Shown here: piece by piece, positions 23,416-37,233 of the stretch
How positions within the stretch are numbered: position 1 is the first letter of the stretch
How the letters are laid out: every line of letters begins with the position of its first letter
Source: Eledone cirrhosa
Lineage: Eukaryota
Length of the DNA: 64,000 nt
NCBI GenBank assembly: GCA_964016885.1
Contig: OZ024740.1
Span: 118,544,001-118,608,000, forward strand
Direction: 5' to 3'
The notes under the pieces: generated by a model
Database searches by the model: none
Told to the model about the DNA's origin: nothing
The model's input: only the letters and a program-made list of their open reading frames with translations
Translations under genes and position numbers: made by a program

Positions 23416-24199
23416 CACATGAGTAGACTGGAGTAATGTGAAATAAAATGCCATGCTTAAAGACAAAACATTATACAACATGACTTCAGGTGAATATTTT
23501 GATCATAGGTCAGCTTGTCCAAAGTTGATCTTTGATTAAACATCAAAACAACCACACCATCCTTATCAACAACAACACCACCACCATTATCAGTAACAAG
23601 ACCACCGCCATTAACAGTAACAAGACCACCACCACTATCAGCAACAACTCAACTGCCATTATCAGTAACAACTCAACTGCCATTATCAGCAACAACAACA
23701 ACAACATCATCATTATGGGAATGAAATTAAATTTAAGGAAGTTACTGAGTAGCATCTTTGACAATGTCATGTGGCTGACAGGAGAAAAGCATATATGTGA
23801 AAAGTATCTTTAACCCCAAGTCTGCATTACGAAAGCTGCCAGTGTGTTTTGGAAATAACAACTGCAACAAGAAACATTGTAAATTTAAACCCTGAATGTC
23901 AGTACATTTGGTAACGGTACTCTTTGTATTACTTGTTATACTAACACATACATCAATAGCTCTGCTTCCAACACAACTAAAAACCATTTGTAACATCAAA
24001 ATACTAAGCAATTTTACCACAACCACCACCAAGACCCATCCACCCATTACAGCAACACCACCAACATTCCTCTTCACATATTAAAACCCCTATCACCAGC
24101 ACAACCAGTATTGCAACAATTTTCTCATTTATTCTCTATATATTCTCTATAAATCTATTGTTATTAATTTTTGCTGTGTTGTTACTACTACTTCAATGA

Positions 24200-25017
24200 G
24201 TCATCCACTCATATACACATATACATAAATATATATACATATATATATATATACACACATATAAATACATATATATATATACATACATATACATGCACAT
24301 ATACACATACATATATATATATACATAATATACATACATATATACATACATATGTATACATATATAAATATATATATATGCATACATATATACATATGTA
24401 TACATACATAAATATATATATATATACATATGTATACATACATAAATATATATATACATATGTATACATACATAAATATATATATATATATATACATATG
24501 TATACATACATAAATATATATATATATATACATATATATACATACATAAACACATATTTATACATATATATATAAATACATAAATAAATACATATATATA
24601 TACATACATAAATACATATATATATATATACATACATAAATACATATATATATATACATACATAAATACATATATATATATACATACATAAATACATATA
24701 TATATATATACATACATAAATACATATATATATATATACATACATAAATACATATATATACATAAATACATATATATACATAAATACATATATATACATA
24801 CATAATTACAAATATATATAAATATATATACATACATATACAAATATACATAATTACATATATATATAAATATATATACATACATATACAAATATACATA
24901 CATAATTACATATATATATATACATACATATACAAATATGCATACATAATTACATTTATATATATATACATACATAAATACATATATATATACATATATA
25001 TATACACACACACATAC

Positions 25018-25058
<41 letters not shown>

Positions 25059-25137
25059 TGTATGTTAACACACACACACACACACATATACACATATATA
25101 TATATGTATGTTAACAAACACACATATATATATATAC

Positions 25138-25182
<45 letters not shown>
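24200..25182. repeat. Compound (TA)n/(TACA)n low-complexity array with a higher-order tacatacataaatacata unit
   Basis: Direct inspection. Confidence 0.95.
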
Positions 25183-25187
<5 letters not shown>

Positions 25188-27729
25188 TATTTAATGTCAT
25201 AAAATATCGAGTCATTCTTGCTGAAAGCTTTCCTCAGCTGAACAATTATTACAATACAATCCGACATAGGATACCAAAAGGGCAAGCTGCTTTATGTTGG
25301 GGAATTAAACAATATGAATGGAATAAATAAATAGAAAATTACTCTCGAAAAATTACATGTTTTGCATTTAAATTTATTACTCTTACTATTGAAAAGAAAC
25401 TATTATTACTGCAATAAATCATAAACAAACAAATAAAATATATGATGGTGATGATGATGATGATAATCATCATCAGCTACAGCACTACAGTTACTCTTAC
25501 TAAAAGAAGTTTCAATTATTATTATACTTCTTTCTAGTTGTTTATGAGTTGGCTTCTGTTTGAATCCCATTTAAAATAGGTTCACCACATTTCTGTATTT
25601 TGTAATAAGTGACTAAAATAGTTGGCACTAATTGGCTTATCTAGCCAAAAAACAAACTCTTTCAAAAGGGACCTTATTGTGAGCATGAATCTTTTGATGG
25701 GGTCATGTAGCTAGCCTGTGATTTAGCAAGGTGAATTTTCTTAAAATGCTTACTGCAGATGCTGCTGATACTTAATCAGTAATTTCTTAACTATTCTGGA
25801 TATATGATGATGTGTTCAGGTGAGAACAATTTGAGATTTTAGAGGATTGACTTCATCACAATTGATAAAATATATGATTTGCAGTCAGTATAACAGTTTT
25901 GTGCCACATCTGTACATTTTTTGAGCCTTCAGAGAGACTGAAACTAAGCTTGGATATATAACAAAGAAGTCTGCTTCAGAACCATTTCCCTTAGGAGTGG
26001 ATAGAATTCACTGCGCAGCATTTGGGAAAGGATCTGCTACAATAGCACCAGGTTGAAAATTGACTTTTGTGAGAAAGCTTGTTGTTCATGAATATATAAT
26101 GTTGACCATGTATTTGCACTTGGATAGTTCTGTTTTCAGGCAGAAGTCTGTGAAAATCAGTTTATGGCAGACAAACTACTGCACATGTAACAAGTCTGTA
26201 CAATGTCAGTAGCATAGAGAGGACAAACAATAATGTAAATATCTATATAGTTTGAAACTAATGTTGTCAATGGTAAACTTAGAATACAAATAGAGCCAAA
26301 ACAAATCTCAAAAGGTATTTTGTCTGATAGTCTAACAATTTCACGACACCTCTGTCTTGACTAGCATATTGTTATATCACCCTTGGATCGAATAAAGGTA
26401 AAGTTTACCTGTATGATTTGAACATACAACATAAAGAGCTGGAACAAATACCAATGAACTAACAATTCTGCCAATACATATGCAAATGTATTTTTGTGCT
26501 GAAATACATAAGAAACAGATGTAAACATTGGGAAGGAAACTGATAAATGCCTTTGAATGAATAAAATACTTTTCTTTATTTGTAAATGTTATTGTAGTAG
26601 TGGTTACTTTAAATAAAGTTTAATGATGCCATTTAAGTTGAAACCATTATACTACTTGCCAGAAGTTTTCTATGTGTTCAGAATATTTTGATTGGTGGGA
26701 TTAGATGTTCAGTGGATAATAATTGGATCATTATGATGAGTGCCATTGTGCAATCTGGATGTATGGTATGGATTCATAACTCCTGAGGGAGCCGTGGTGG
26801 TGCTGTTTTGATATAAAGCATTTCTAGGGCATTTTAAAACCTAGTAGAGTATATCCCATCTCTAGGCCCAAAAGTGAGAAAGGAAGTGAGAAAGAGATAT
26901 AGAGGAAGGATAGTCCACAGTACTAGACTTTTTTTTTATCCACCTCAAATGGAAGAAAAGCAATGTTCATCTCAATGGGATTTGAACTGAGAGATCAGAG
27001 AGCTGAAATGAATAGCACAAAGCACTCTATCTGATATTCTAAGGACTTTACCAATTTGCCACCTATTGGATATGTGTTGATAAAAATTGGATATATTTGA
27101 CTTCGATAACCATTTAGTATGGACAAAGAAATAAAATGTAATTGTAATGATATACAGTCATTTTCTTCTGTGTTAGGCACTTTTGTTTCATATCAAACAG
27201 GAACTGATCTGGTGATAGTAGCTGTCTTGTAGTATTTAAGTATAATCTACTCAAGTCACATCCTCATCTGCCAAATAGCAAAGTATTTTTTCATTACTAT
27301 CTCTTGGTTTTCTATTGTTGGTAAATTTCTAAATTGTATGAGTATGGAGTATATACAGAGCAGGTGCTGTCATTAGACCAATTAGGCTGCCACATAAGGC
27401 GAAAAACTTAGAGAGGGACATAACTGAATCATAAGGGATTACAGTGATTTTACAAATTTGTATAATGAAATTGAATATATAATAATTTCCTGCAATCAAT
27501 AAATAAACCACAAAACATCTTTGCCATATAGCAACATTGAGAAAATATCCAAAGCGGTGGGGAAAGCTGAATGGTGTTATGATCTGTCACATAATTTAGA
27601 ATGGATGAGTGTGGACTGTGTAGAGAAAAATGCTGGTTTTTGTATTTTTATTAGTGTGATTAGAAAAAGAAAAGTAAAAAACTAGGTTTGTCAGCTAGCC
27701 AAACTGACTTGATTGACAATCAATAATTG

Positions 27730-27906
27730 TTTCTACTTTAAGCACAAGGCCAGCAATACCCAGTGCATTACTGGTACTTTATTTTATCGACCCCGTAAGG
27801 ATGAAAGGCAAAATCAACCTCAGCGGGATTTGAACTCAGATCGTAAAGGGACGTAATTATGCTGGAAAGCATGGCGTCCGACCCTCTACCGATACTGCCA
27901 ATCCAC
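27730..27906 (-). mobile_element. Full tRNA-derived SINE with a Nin-like domain
   Basis: Minus strand: A-box tggcagtatcgg, B-box gagttcaaatcc, then gcctttcatccttacggggtcgataaaataaagtaccag. Confidence 0.85.
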
Positions 27907-28692
27907 AATCAATAATATTTAAAAGAATTGACTGTCAACCACTCAATATGAAAATGTCCAAATGATTGGACATGCACTTTGCATGTGAATTTTGCATATG
28001 AAATTTGAACCAAACTTTTAATACAAATTTTTTAACCCCAAGACATGTGTTGAGTGATATTTTCTTTCCTTTGTACACCTATCTATATGCATAAGTAAAT
28101 ATTTCACCCCATTTTTCCTATTCCTCTTTTCTTTTTATAATATTACTTTAATTCTTTTTTCATTTTTTTTCTTTCTGGACAATGTCTTGTATTGAAAGCC
28201 ATGTATGCCTAATGGAAAAAAATAGTTATTGATCTAAAAATATTTATCATTTATTTTTTTATTTTATCCAGAATAATTATATGCTGGTGTGTTTGGATAC
28301 ATGTTTTGTTTGGATTTCATTTTTATAGGATTTAACCTTGTTTTTGTATTGGAAAATCCACTGAAAATTATTTTTTTTGTTTATTTTATATACATGTTAT
28401 TGTTGGAGTGCAGAGTGTCAGTTATATTCAAAAGCTGATATTCAATATTTTAGATATATGTTTATGCATATAAGTATTTGTTTGTGTATGTGTTTGTATA
28501 GTAGTAAGTGTGATTTCTAAATTATGGCTTCTTCCTGCACAACACATTATTGCCAGCTACACATAAGCAAATGTAATAACACATACATATACAAAAACAT
28601 ATAATAATTGATTATGCAGAAATTTATCAAAATGCCTATTAAGGCCTGACAAAGGTAATTCTACTAATGAGAATATCGACTATATATATATA

Positions 28693-28861
28693 TAGGAACG
28701 AGTAGGACCCCGACAGCTGAGCTCAAGCTGCTTTGATCTGTCGAAACTGCTTGAGCTCAACCGTCGGGGTCCTACTCATTCCTATTACCCACTCTACTAC
28801 CCTAAGTATTGAGTACTTTGGTGCGTTATGGTCCATCTGGTTCCTTACCACATTTCCTTCG

Positions 28862-28863
<2 letters not shown>
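28693..28863 (+). mobile_element. Mini fold-back PLE terminus in (TA)n
   Basis: Inverted arms 28693-28735 and 28743-28784; 28740-28863 closely matches 1785-1906; (TA)n on both sides. Confidence 0.85.
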
Positions 28864-28896
<33 letters not shown>

Positions 28897-28934
28897 CTTG
28901 CAAGCAGGGAAAAGCGGAGGTAAAATGGTGATGA

Positions 28935-29787
28935 TATATATATTTATGTATGTTTAAATATATATGTATATATATTTATGTATGTATATGTATATGTATA
29001 TATATTTATGTATGTATATGTATAAATATATATGTATATATATTTATGTTTGTATATTTATAAATAAATATATATATATATATTTATGTATGTATGTATA
29101 TTTATAAATAAATATATATATATATATTTATGTATGTATGTATATTTATAAATAAATATATATATATATATTTATGTATGTATGTATATTTATAAATAAA
29201 TATATATATATATATTTATGTATGTATGTATATTTATAAATAAATATATATATATATATTTATGTATGTATGTATATTTATAAATAAATATATATAGAAG
29301 ACCCGCCTTGCCAGTAGGCATCTCTAACAAAATACACCCCGTCCCGCCACCACCCCCACCCCATCCACACCACCCCGTTCTATGTAAAGTTATGTTGGTG
29401 CCGCGCCATCCAGGCCGAAACAAATGAGATCGTGTAGGTGTCACGACAAAAAAACACACAGTCCACGCTGTAATGTGGCCGTGTAGGCAACACGGTAAAA
29501 ACCTCCCAGACCCACACTGTAAATGTGGTTGGTGTTAGGAAGGGCATCCAACTGTAGAAAACCTGCCAGACAGTCCTATGCGAGCAAGACAATCACTCTT
29601 GCCTCAAGTGGGACTACCCCCGTCCAAACCCATGCAAGCGTGGAACACGGACGTTAAACGTTGATGATGATGATGATGATGATGATATTTATGTATGTAT
29701 GTATATTTATAAATAAATATATATATATATTTATTTATGTATGTATATTTATAAATATATATATATATTTATTTATGTATGTATATT

Positions 29788-29870
<83 letters not shown>

Positions 29871-30020
29871 GTATGTATATTCATAAATAAATATATATAT
29901 ATATTTATGTATGTATATTCTTACATATACATATATATATTTATTTATGTATATATATTTATAAATATATATATATATATTTTCATGTATGTATATTTAT
30001 ATATGTATATATATATATAT
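28935..30020. repeat. AT-rich minisatellite (tatttatgtatgtatgtatatttataaataaatata..) with an embedded LINE fragment
   Basis: Direct inspection. Confidence 0.9.
29296..29686 (+). mobile_element. Young 3'UTR copy of RTE LINE family A
   Basis: Nearly identical to 57634-58045 apart from a short deletion; (GAT)n tail. Confidence 0.93.
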
Positions 30021-30807
30021 AATGCATATGCAAACACACAATATTTGAGAGAAGGAAATGCAAAATGCAGTGAAGTTTAATCAGTAATGTAATCACTTGT
30101 CAAGCAATCAATACATGGTTCAAATCCTATTAGTAGCTTCATTATTCTGATCCAATCTAAAATGTTCGTTTACATATGAATAATGTTTATATATCAATGT
30201 ATTTGTTATTTGTATTCTTTGGTTTAATTATCATTGAAATATAAGGTGAGATACTTACTTATGTTAGATATTAGTAGAAGCTGTCAGGCGCTGTAAAATG
30301 CAAAAGTACAACTAATTAATAAAGTCCAGTTAATCATGCAGTGAAGATTAAAACTTCATTTGAAACTAATAATTTTTGATGAAAAATTGATATAATTGGA
30401 TCGGGCACCTTGGTGAAATATATCTTGGGGACTTTAAACTTGGTGGAACCCATCCTATCTCCATGTCTGAAAACAGTAGATTTCTTCCATAGAACGGAGA
30501 GAGAATGAAAGAGAAGAAACGAGAAAGATATACAGAGAAAGAATTGACCCTAGTACTGGATTTGGTGTATTTTTTAACAACCTCAAAAGGATCAATAGCA
30601 ATGTTGAGCTCAATAAGATTTAGACTTAGAGGGCAGAGAATCAGAATAAACATTACAAATGTTATCTAACATTCTAATGAGATTCATAATTCATTGTCTG
30701 GTAATGTGTTTAGCTTCAATATAATAAATACATGTGAGACATGTTAGTAGGTTTCATGCTGATTTTAATATGAAATTCATTAGTTAAAGTCTATCTGAAG
30801 CTGAAGG

Positions 30808-31060
30808 CTCATCAGGCTGGTTCTAATCCCTAGTTTTCTTAAGGTTAAATGACTGAGAGTACAACACTCTGCCTTGGGTAGGACACTGGTCCATCACAGG
30901 GTAAACTCCCAGTTAATGCTGGTATTCTCTCTCGGCTGAGTGTACTAGTGCAATGTAAAATAAAGTGTTTTGCTTAATAACACAATGTAACAGCCTGACC
31001 AGGTATCAAACCCACGACATTATGATTGTAAGTCCAACACACTAACAAAATAGGCCATGC
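30808..31060 (-). mobile_element. Diverged tRNA-derived SINE
   Basis: Minus strand has a tggccta.. A-box-like and gggtttgatacc B-box-like motif; body shared with 22975-23415. Confidence 0.6.
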
Positions 31061-32110
31061 TGACATGAATCCAATACTGAATACCATTTATCTAACCAAA
31101 TATAAACACAATTAAAAACGTCATGTTAAACATATATAATTTGATTGTTTGTAGTTGTATTTATAAAAAGTTTATATTGTGCATAAGCACATACTAAAAA
31201 TGATAAATTTTCATTAATATTTTATATATACTTTTCCATGCTTGCATGTGTTGGAAGGGTTGTAATAAATCAGAACACTACATGATGAGGGGTGGGGAAT
31301 GCCTTAGACGAGAGTAAGAAAAGGAAGAAAATAGGGAAAACATTTTTCAGGAGGAAAACACCTGTATAGAGACAAGGAGTGCAAGTGAGGGAGAATTAGG
31401 ATGTGAAAAAGGAGGAGGGAAGGCACTGATATATGTGTGAGTGTGTGTTAATCTATAATATACTCATATGCACATAAAGCAAGTCTTATGCACACTATTA
31501 CCTTTATAGGAGTGTTACAGAATTAAATGACTTTATGTTTGAGAGAGAGATAAATTGTGTGCCTGTGTGTATGCAGATATGTGTATGCATATGTGTGCTT
31601 ATGTATGCATGTAGCAATAATCCACATTATATGATTGTTTTTGTTAGTTCTTATCAATATAAATCTATATAGCTGTTCTGTTTCAGGTTTTGTATTGATT
31701 ATAAAACAGTTATATAAAGGCAGAAGGCAAACAACAAAAGCTTTCAATTTCCAGTCATTAGTGCTTATATAAAAGAACAATGGCAAATTTAACCTAATGC
31801 TTTCTGGGAAAGTTTAGCTAACAATATATACCAATGATTTGTCATTAACTAATAATAGTCATTTAGGTTATATTTTCTATATATTTTTATGTATTATGCA
31901 TAAACATAAAATGAAATGAAAAAAGCAAAAACATGTTAAGAAATAAATGAAAATTATGAGAAAATGAATAAATATAAAAACATTATAAGAAAGTGTTAAA
32001 TGTTCACCTACTTCTGAAAACACACTCACACACACGTATGTAAAGTTTGTGAGGATTTTTTAACTTTCATTGGTGCACTGCAGAAAAAATTTCTTTTCAT
32101 AGAACATTAA

Positions 32111-32242
32111 CCCCTTTTATATCAACATACCTAAAGCACTCCTAATTCTGGCACAACACCTCTTGTTTTAAATGTTCATATCTAAGTTATAATTGCTTTA
32201 TACACAGGAATATTTTGTTTTGTACCAGGCGATATGAAAGGG
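32111..32242. mobile_element. Possible TTAA-flanked (piggyBac-like) MITE
   Basis: ttaa|ccccttttatatc ... gatatgaaaggg|ttat. Confidence 0.45.
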
Positions 32243-34601
32243 TTATTGATATCTAGCTTACCCAGGACTCTGTATATAAATCTCTTCATAAATCCAAAAT
32301 TAACACTTCCTTGTGATTGAGAAATTATTAAGTCGCTTTTGTGCCACAAGTAAACTATAAAAAAGTCAATCTATGAAAATTGATGGTGGTCTGCATTAGG
32401 AAAGGCTACATCAGTAAAGGTAATGAGTCAAGATAAGATTTTAGGCTACAGGGAGAAGAAGAATTTAGTATTTCAACAATAACCCATCATCTTAGAGAGA
32501 AATAATTCAATAATGTATCTCATCTTGTACAACACATGAGAGCTACACAATACATTAATACAAAGCTAAAAAACTTTGTCATATTTCAGACATTATTTTG
32601 CACACTTAAGAGAGACATCTGTTAATAATTTTATTATGTTTAATCTATATTTTTAACATGTGTTTCTCTTCTCCTATTCAAGAGAATACCAAAATAATTT
32701 TTTGAAGATATGTAATATGCATGTGTACATGTATATATACATGATGTCAGATATTTTGTCACTATAGGAGGGAGTCTAAGAGAAAATTTACAAGAGGGAA
32801 TAAATCTACTTTCAGGCTCTGGGGAGGCAGGGAACTTCCCTCAAAATTCAAGGTGTCTAAGATCTTTTTATTTACAAAGGAGACTAAAAGTAATTTCAGG
32901 CTTTAGGTAATTTCAGGCTATAAGTAAAACTAACTTATTTTTGCAAGTCTAGCTTATATCCCACCAAATTGATATTTCGCTTAAGTTTAATATTTCTATA
33001 TATTTAATATATTTCTATATTTCTTCGAATAGATGCTTTAATGATATACATTATACCTTCATTGAAATGTTTACATATTAGAGACAGTTACTTTATAAAT
33101 TAATATTAACTGCTTCATCATTGTTGGGCAGATTTAGATGGTTTTGGCTACGATTTCCAGCATGAATATAAGCCTATTGTATTGTCCTAATATACTGAGT
33201 GGGATATATTCATATAGTAATTCAGCGATGCAACATGTTCACCATGTGGTCTGGCAACATGTTATGTAAGATAAGTATTCAACTTGTCCCCTTACTCCTA
33301 AAACTTCTCCTCCCAATGAAGGAAATGTAATTTTTCCAATATTGGTTATTCCAATGTTTAGAATGATTAGTGTTGTTTTTTTTCTTTTTGAGTTCCAGAA
33401 ACCATGGTCAGGGAACTGTATAAGTAAAATCGACTTATTTTAACCGGTCTAGCTTATATTCCCCCAGATTGAGATTTTGGCTTAAGTTTTACATACATAT
33501 ATATATAGAATCATTATCATTGTTTCACGTCTCCTTCCTTTACTAGCAAGTGTTGGATGGGTCTAAATAGATCAAGTCACTACAGAGGTGGTGCTCCAGA
33601 CTTCCCAGCCTGTCTGGGAGGTTTGCATATCACTTACATACGGTCATATGTTCTATCAATTGCACAAGAGAGGTTGTCATGTCTTTTAACACAAAGTGAA
33701 GAGCCCTCCAATCCCTTTGTTTAGCAAGCTTTCTTTGGCTGAATGCCCTTCCTACTACCACCAAATTCCCAACATGTAATGGGTGTGTTTATTGTGTAGA
33801 TCACCAATACTAAGGAGGTTGTCATATCCTTGACACAACTGAAGGGTCCTCCCAACCCTTTGTTTGGTAAGCTTTCTACAACTGAACACCTTTCCTATAA
33901 TCAACCATGTTAGAGTGTGTTCTAGGTGCATTTCTCATGTAGATCTCCAACTCTACAGATGTTATTGTCTCTTTGACACCATTCAAGGTTCCTCTCATCC
34001 ATTTTTAGACAGGGATTCTAGGGTGTCCTTCCAGTCATCAACCACCCTTATGGAGTGTATCAGCTACAATGTTGTGGCACCATCAGTAGAGAGGTTGTTG
34101 ATCAGAGACCCAATTTAAGTGCCCTCTCTGCTCTGGGGAGGTGGGTTGCATGGGAGTGACATAGATGTGAAGTTATAGGTGTATGAGGATCGGCTGAAAA
34201 GTCCATATGCTAACCAAAATAAATGAGGTTTCTTTTTCAACAGAATCCCTGGAAAGAAACAATGCAGTTATTAATAAGAAGAGTTAAAATTAATGTATAC
34301 AAGATTTCACAGCTCTAGCCCCTCTCCTTCAAAGTCACCCTGTAAACATTTCAGCCCATCCTCATTTGTGGCAGGGTGATGAGAAAAAGGAAGGGCTGGT
34401 AGTGTGGGGGATGCAAAAGGGATAGATAGTGTAGCAACTAGGATGCAATATTGAGGATATCTAAGGGCCTTAGAGGGGTGAGTAGCTAAGGAGTGGTTCT
34501 GGAGGGGCATAGGTGGTGAGGATAGCTGCTGGAGAGTGCTAGTGGAAGGGAGTGGGGACACATGCGTAGGATCATATTGTATGTTTACACACGTATAAAT
34601 A

Positions 34602-34655
<54 letters not shown>

Positions 34656-34697
34656 TACATACATGTGTATATATGTATGTATATATGTGTGTGTGTG

Positions 34698-34732
<35 letters not shown>

Positions 34733-34821
34733 ACGAAGGAAGTGTGGTAATGAACCAGATGGAGCATAACGCACCAGGGTACTCAATACTTAGAGTAGTA
34801 GACTGGGAAATAGGAAAAAGT

Positions 34822-34911
34822 TTAACCCCGACGGCAGAGCTCAAGCCGTTTCTGGACTAAATTAGAATTTTTAGCATGGTAATAAATAGCCAAACTTTTC
34901 AAGGGGTAATT
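34822..34911 (-). ncRNA. Type I hammerhead ribozyme fold with a U3:A8 core
   Basis: Minus strand: acccc-TTGAAAA-gtttggcta...tagtcca-GAAAC-ggc ttgagctct gcc-GTC-ggggt; all three stems can form. Confidence 0.7.
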
Positions 34912-35802
34912 CCTTATATGGGAAGATTGTAGTTGTCAAAAGGATTGGTAAAAATTTCTTGTAAACACAATTAAATCTTTCATGGCAGTGAGTGGGGTGG
35001 GTCGGGTGGCTGAACTTGCCTGTAGAGCAATGAGGGAGTGGGTGGAGCCGGTCAAGTGTTGAAAGGGAATTCTATACAGCAAATTCTAAGGAGTGCATAT
35101 GAAATTAGGCTAGTTAGGAAGCAGGCGAAGAAGGATACTGAGAGTGGGACGTTATAGAAATGGTTAATAAATTGAGATTAAAAGATAATACATAAGAAAA
35201 TTAAATAGTAAAAATAATTAAAAAAATCTCTAGAGTCTAAAGCAGTTGCTATATTTTTAGCTGGTATTGTGTTTTTGGCCAATGCTAAATATAATTTACT
35301 GGGGTGGGGGTACTGACGCAACAGAAGCCTGATGGGCTGCCTTGGGTAGGCAAAAGAGAAAAAAGGAAGAGGAGAGGGATGGAAGGAGGTGATAAGAAGA
35401 AATAAAGGGAAGAAGAAAAGAAAAAAGTACATGTACCTATATAAGCTGGGGTTTCCCCTATCTTGTTCAGCAATTGGGGAAAAGAAGGATGTTGCAGCCA
35501 TTGTCTACCCACCTGGGTCATGAGGAGATTTGAAAGCGAGGTAAGTCTGTAGCGACTAGCGCCACATTGCCCGGGGAGAAAAAACTAATTGGAGTTACTT
35601 CCCGTTTAATTCTAGAAGATTCCTTGAACTTCCGGTCTATTGATTATAAAGGAGGGAGAAAAAGACATCTTAGCTTATTTGGCGACCGGCTCTCGGACAG
35701 TTCACTCACGAGCGAGTTTGTTAACCTTATTATATCTGTATCGAATTTAATTAGTGGTTGGCCTGCAGTGGCGTTTAACAAAGTAAATAACCCAGTGACC
35801 AA

Positions 35803-37170
35803 TTAACTAAAGTGCTGACCCCTACGTGATATGAACACGCAGCCTTCTGACCTGGAGTCGCTACAAGTCCTACCCAATCGGTGTTTACATGCAGTTACAA
35901 GTTCGTTTTTTTTGTTTAGGGGTTGGTCCTTCGTAAACACCATTTGTAATGTTTCCTCCGAGCATAAGTTACACGGACAGCGCCCTCCCATGTAGAAGTT
36001 AGCCATGGACAGTAAGCTCCAAAGAAGGTGGTATGTTATGTTGTTATCTTGGAGGTCCCAGATGTGGCCTGAAAGTGTAGTGGCATGTCGCCAGGGCGGG
36101 TTTCGGAACGTATGTCGGTGTTGGTAGAGCTGGGTCTTGAAGTCGCAAGCTGTTAATCCTATATAGGCTTTGTTGGAGGTTTCCGTCCTCACGTTGCATT
36201 GGTAGCTCATTTTAGGTTCTCGGCATCTGTTGTTGAGGGGGCACGTAGATCTATCAGGGCAGTTACACCTCCTGGCTGGCTCTCCACTAATGTCTAGGTT
36301 GTTTCCTCCATAGGGGTTGAGTTTCTTGTTGTTTGAGGAGGCTATGTTTGTGCGAATTTAGGTGTGGTGCTGTAGGAGAGTTTGATAGTGTTTTTGTTGA
36401 TTATGTTGTGGTAGCGGTGTTGTGGTGGGAAGTGTTTTTCGAGGAGTGTAAAGAAAGATATTCCCGATTGGTGTTGCCACCTCGGCATTGTGGGGAGGGT
36501 TCAACCATGTTACGTGGCGTGAACAGCGGCGTCGCCTGCTTGTTCCGCTAAGGGAAGCTGGATAGAAGGAGATTTCCTCCCGAAAGCCTCTTCGCTTGAG
36601 GGCCTGGTTGTAATGAGGCACATGTTCATCAATATCTGCTCATTAACGGACAAACGGGATATGCGGAGGGAGATATTTTTAACCAGGTTATTGGTGGTGT
36701 TTCTAGGATGGTTAGAGTGGCGGTGGATGTAGTGTAGGTTGTCGTTAGGTTTCCTGTATGGGTAGTACAGATCACTTTCGAGGTTGAGGGTAACGTCCAG
36801 GAAATTGACTCGGGTTAGGGACGTTTGTAGGGTGATTTTAAATCCCCAGTCACGGAAGAAGTTGATTAGTAGTTTACAGACCCGGTCTGTACTACTGGGG
36901 TTGTACCCTTTGAGGGCAAGGAGCCCATCATCTCAATACAATCCACCGCCGAATGCAGGAAACATTTCGGTGAGTTTATGTAGTAGGAATAATCCTATAA
37001 GATCGGTCACCTTGGCAGAGTCGGTCGTGCCCATACTGACGTCGAAGGGGAAGTCGGGAGCTCTCTTTATCCGCTTGGAGTTGTCGAGGAGGACTGTCTT
37101 CCTGGTGTGCAGAATGATGTTCCTTTCCTGGTCGGTGATGGGTGTGAGTGTTTTGGCAAAGTCCAAAGTG
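35803..37170 (-). pseudogene. PLE reverse transcriptase plus GIY-YIG endonuclease, disrupted
   Basis: ORF pieces 36933-37166, 36358-36621 and 35803-36210, joined through stops and frameshifts. Confidence 0.9.
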
Positions 37171-37233
37171 GTCGTTGAAACGGATTGAGCTCTGCCATCA
37201 GGGTTAAACTTTTTCCTATATATATATATATAT

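Larger units (their letters stand above)
34732..37218 (-). mobile_element. 5'-truncated Penelope-like retroelement (Naiad-like) with an inverted terminal segment, in (TA)n
   Basis: RT motifs FDVSMGTTDSAKVTDLIG, GLY*DDG, VNFLDVTLNL, SNHP; CNC..CPL..C linker; GIY-YIG-type YQC..YIG..H..H..CNLC; ~1.1-kb 3' region; inverted terminal copy at 37177-37218; (TA)n on both sides. Confidence 0.92.

Noticed and set aside
24171-25153. Long Y/I/M/C-rich ORFs, and similar ORFs at 3076, 4634, 34572, 39592, 48908 and 52438
   Set aside because: Translations of (TA)n/(CA)n/(TACA)n microsatellites, not genes.
30366-30653. 95-aa minus-strand ORF and nearby splice-like signals at 30256-30300
   Set aside because: No recognisable motif, and the candidate exon has stops in all three frames.
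34183-34215. Mariner-like TIR (tatgaggatcggctgaaaagtcc)
   Set aside because: No partner TIR or transposase sequence was found, so it is too short to call.
36925-36945. In-frame TGA in the PLE RT motif GLY*DDG as possible selenocysteine (some Naiad PLEs encode Sec)
   Set aside because: The position is normally Arg (YRDD), so CGA to TGA decay is simpler; the copy has other disruptions, the linker and endonuclease cysteines read are normal Cys codons, and no SECIS was recognised.
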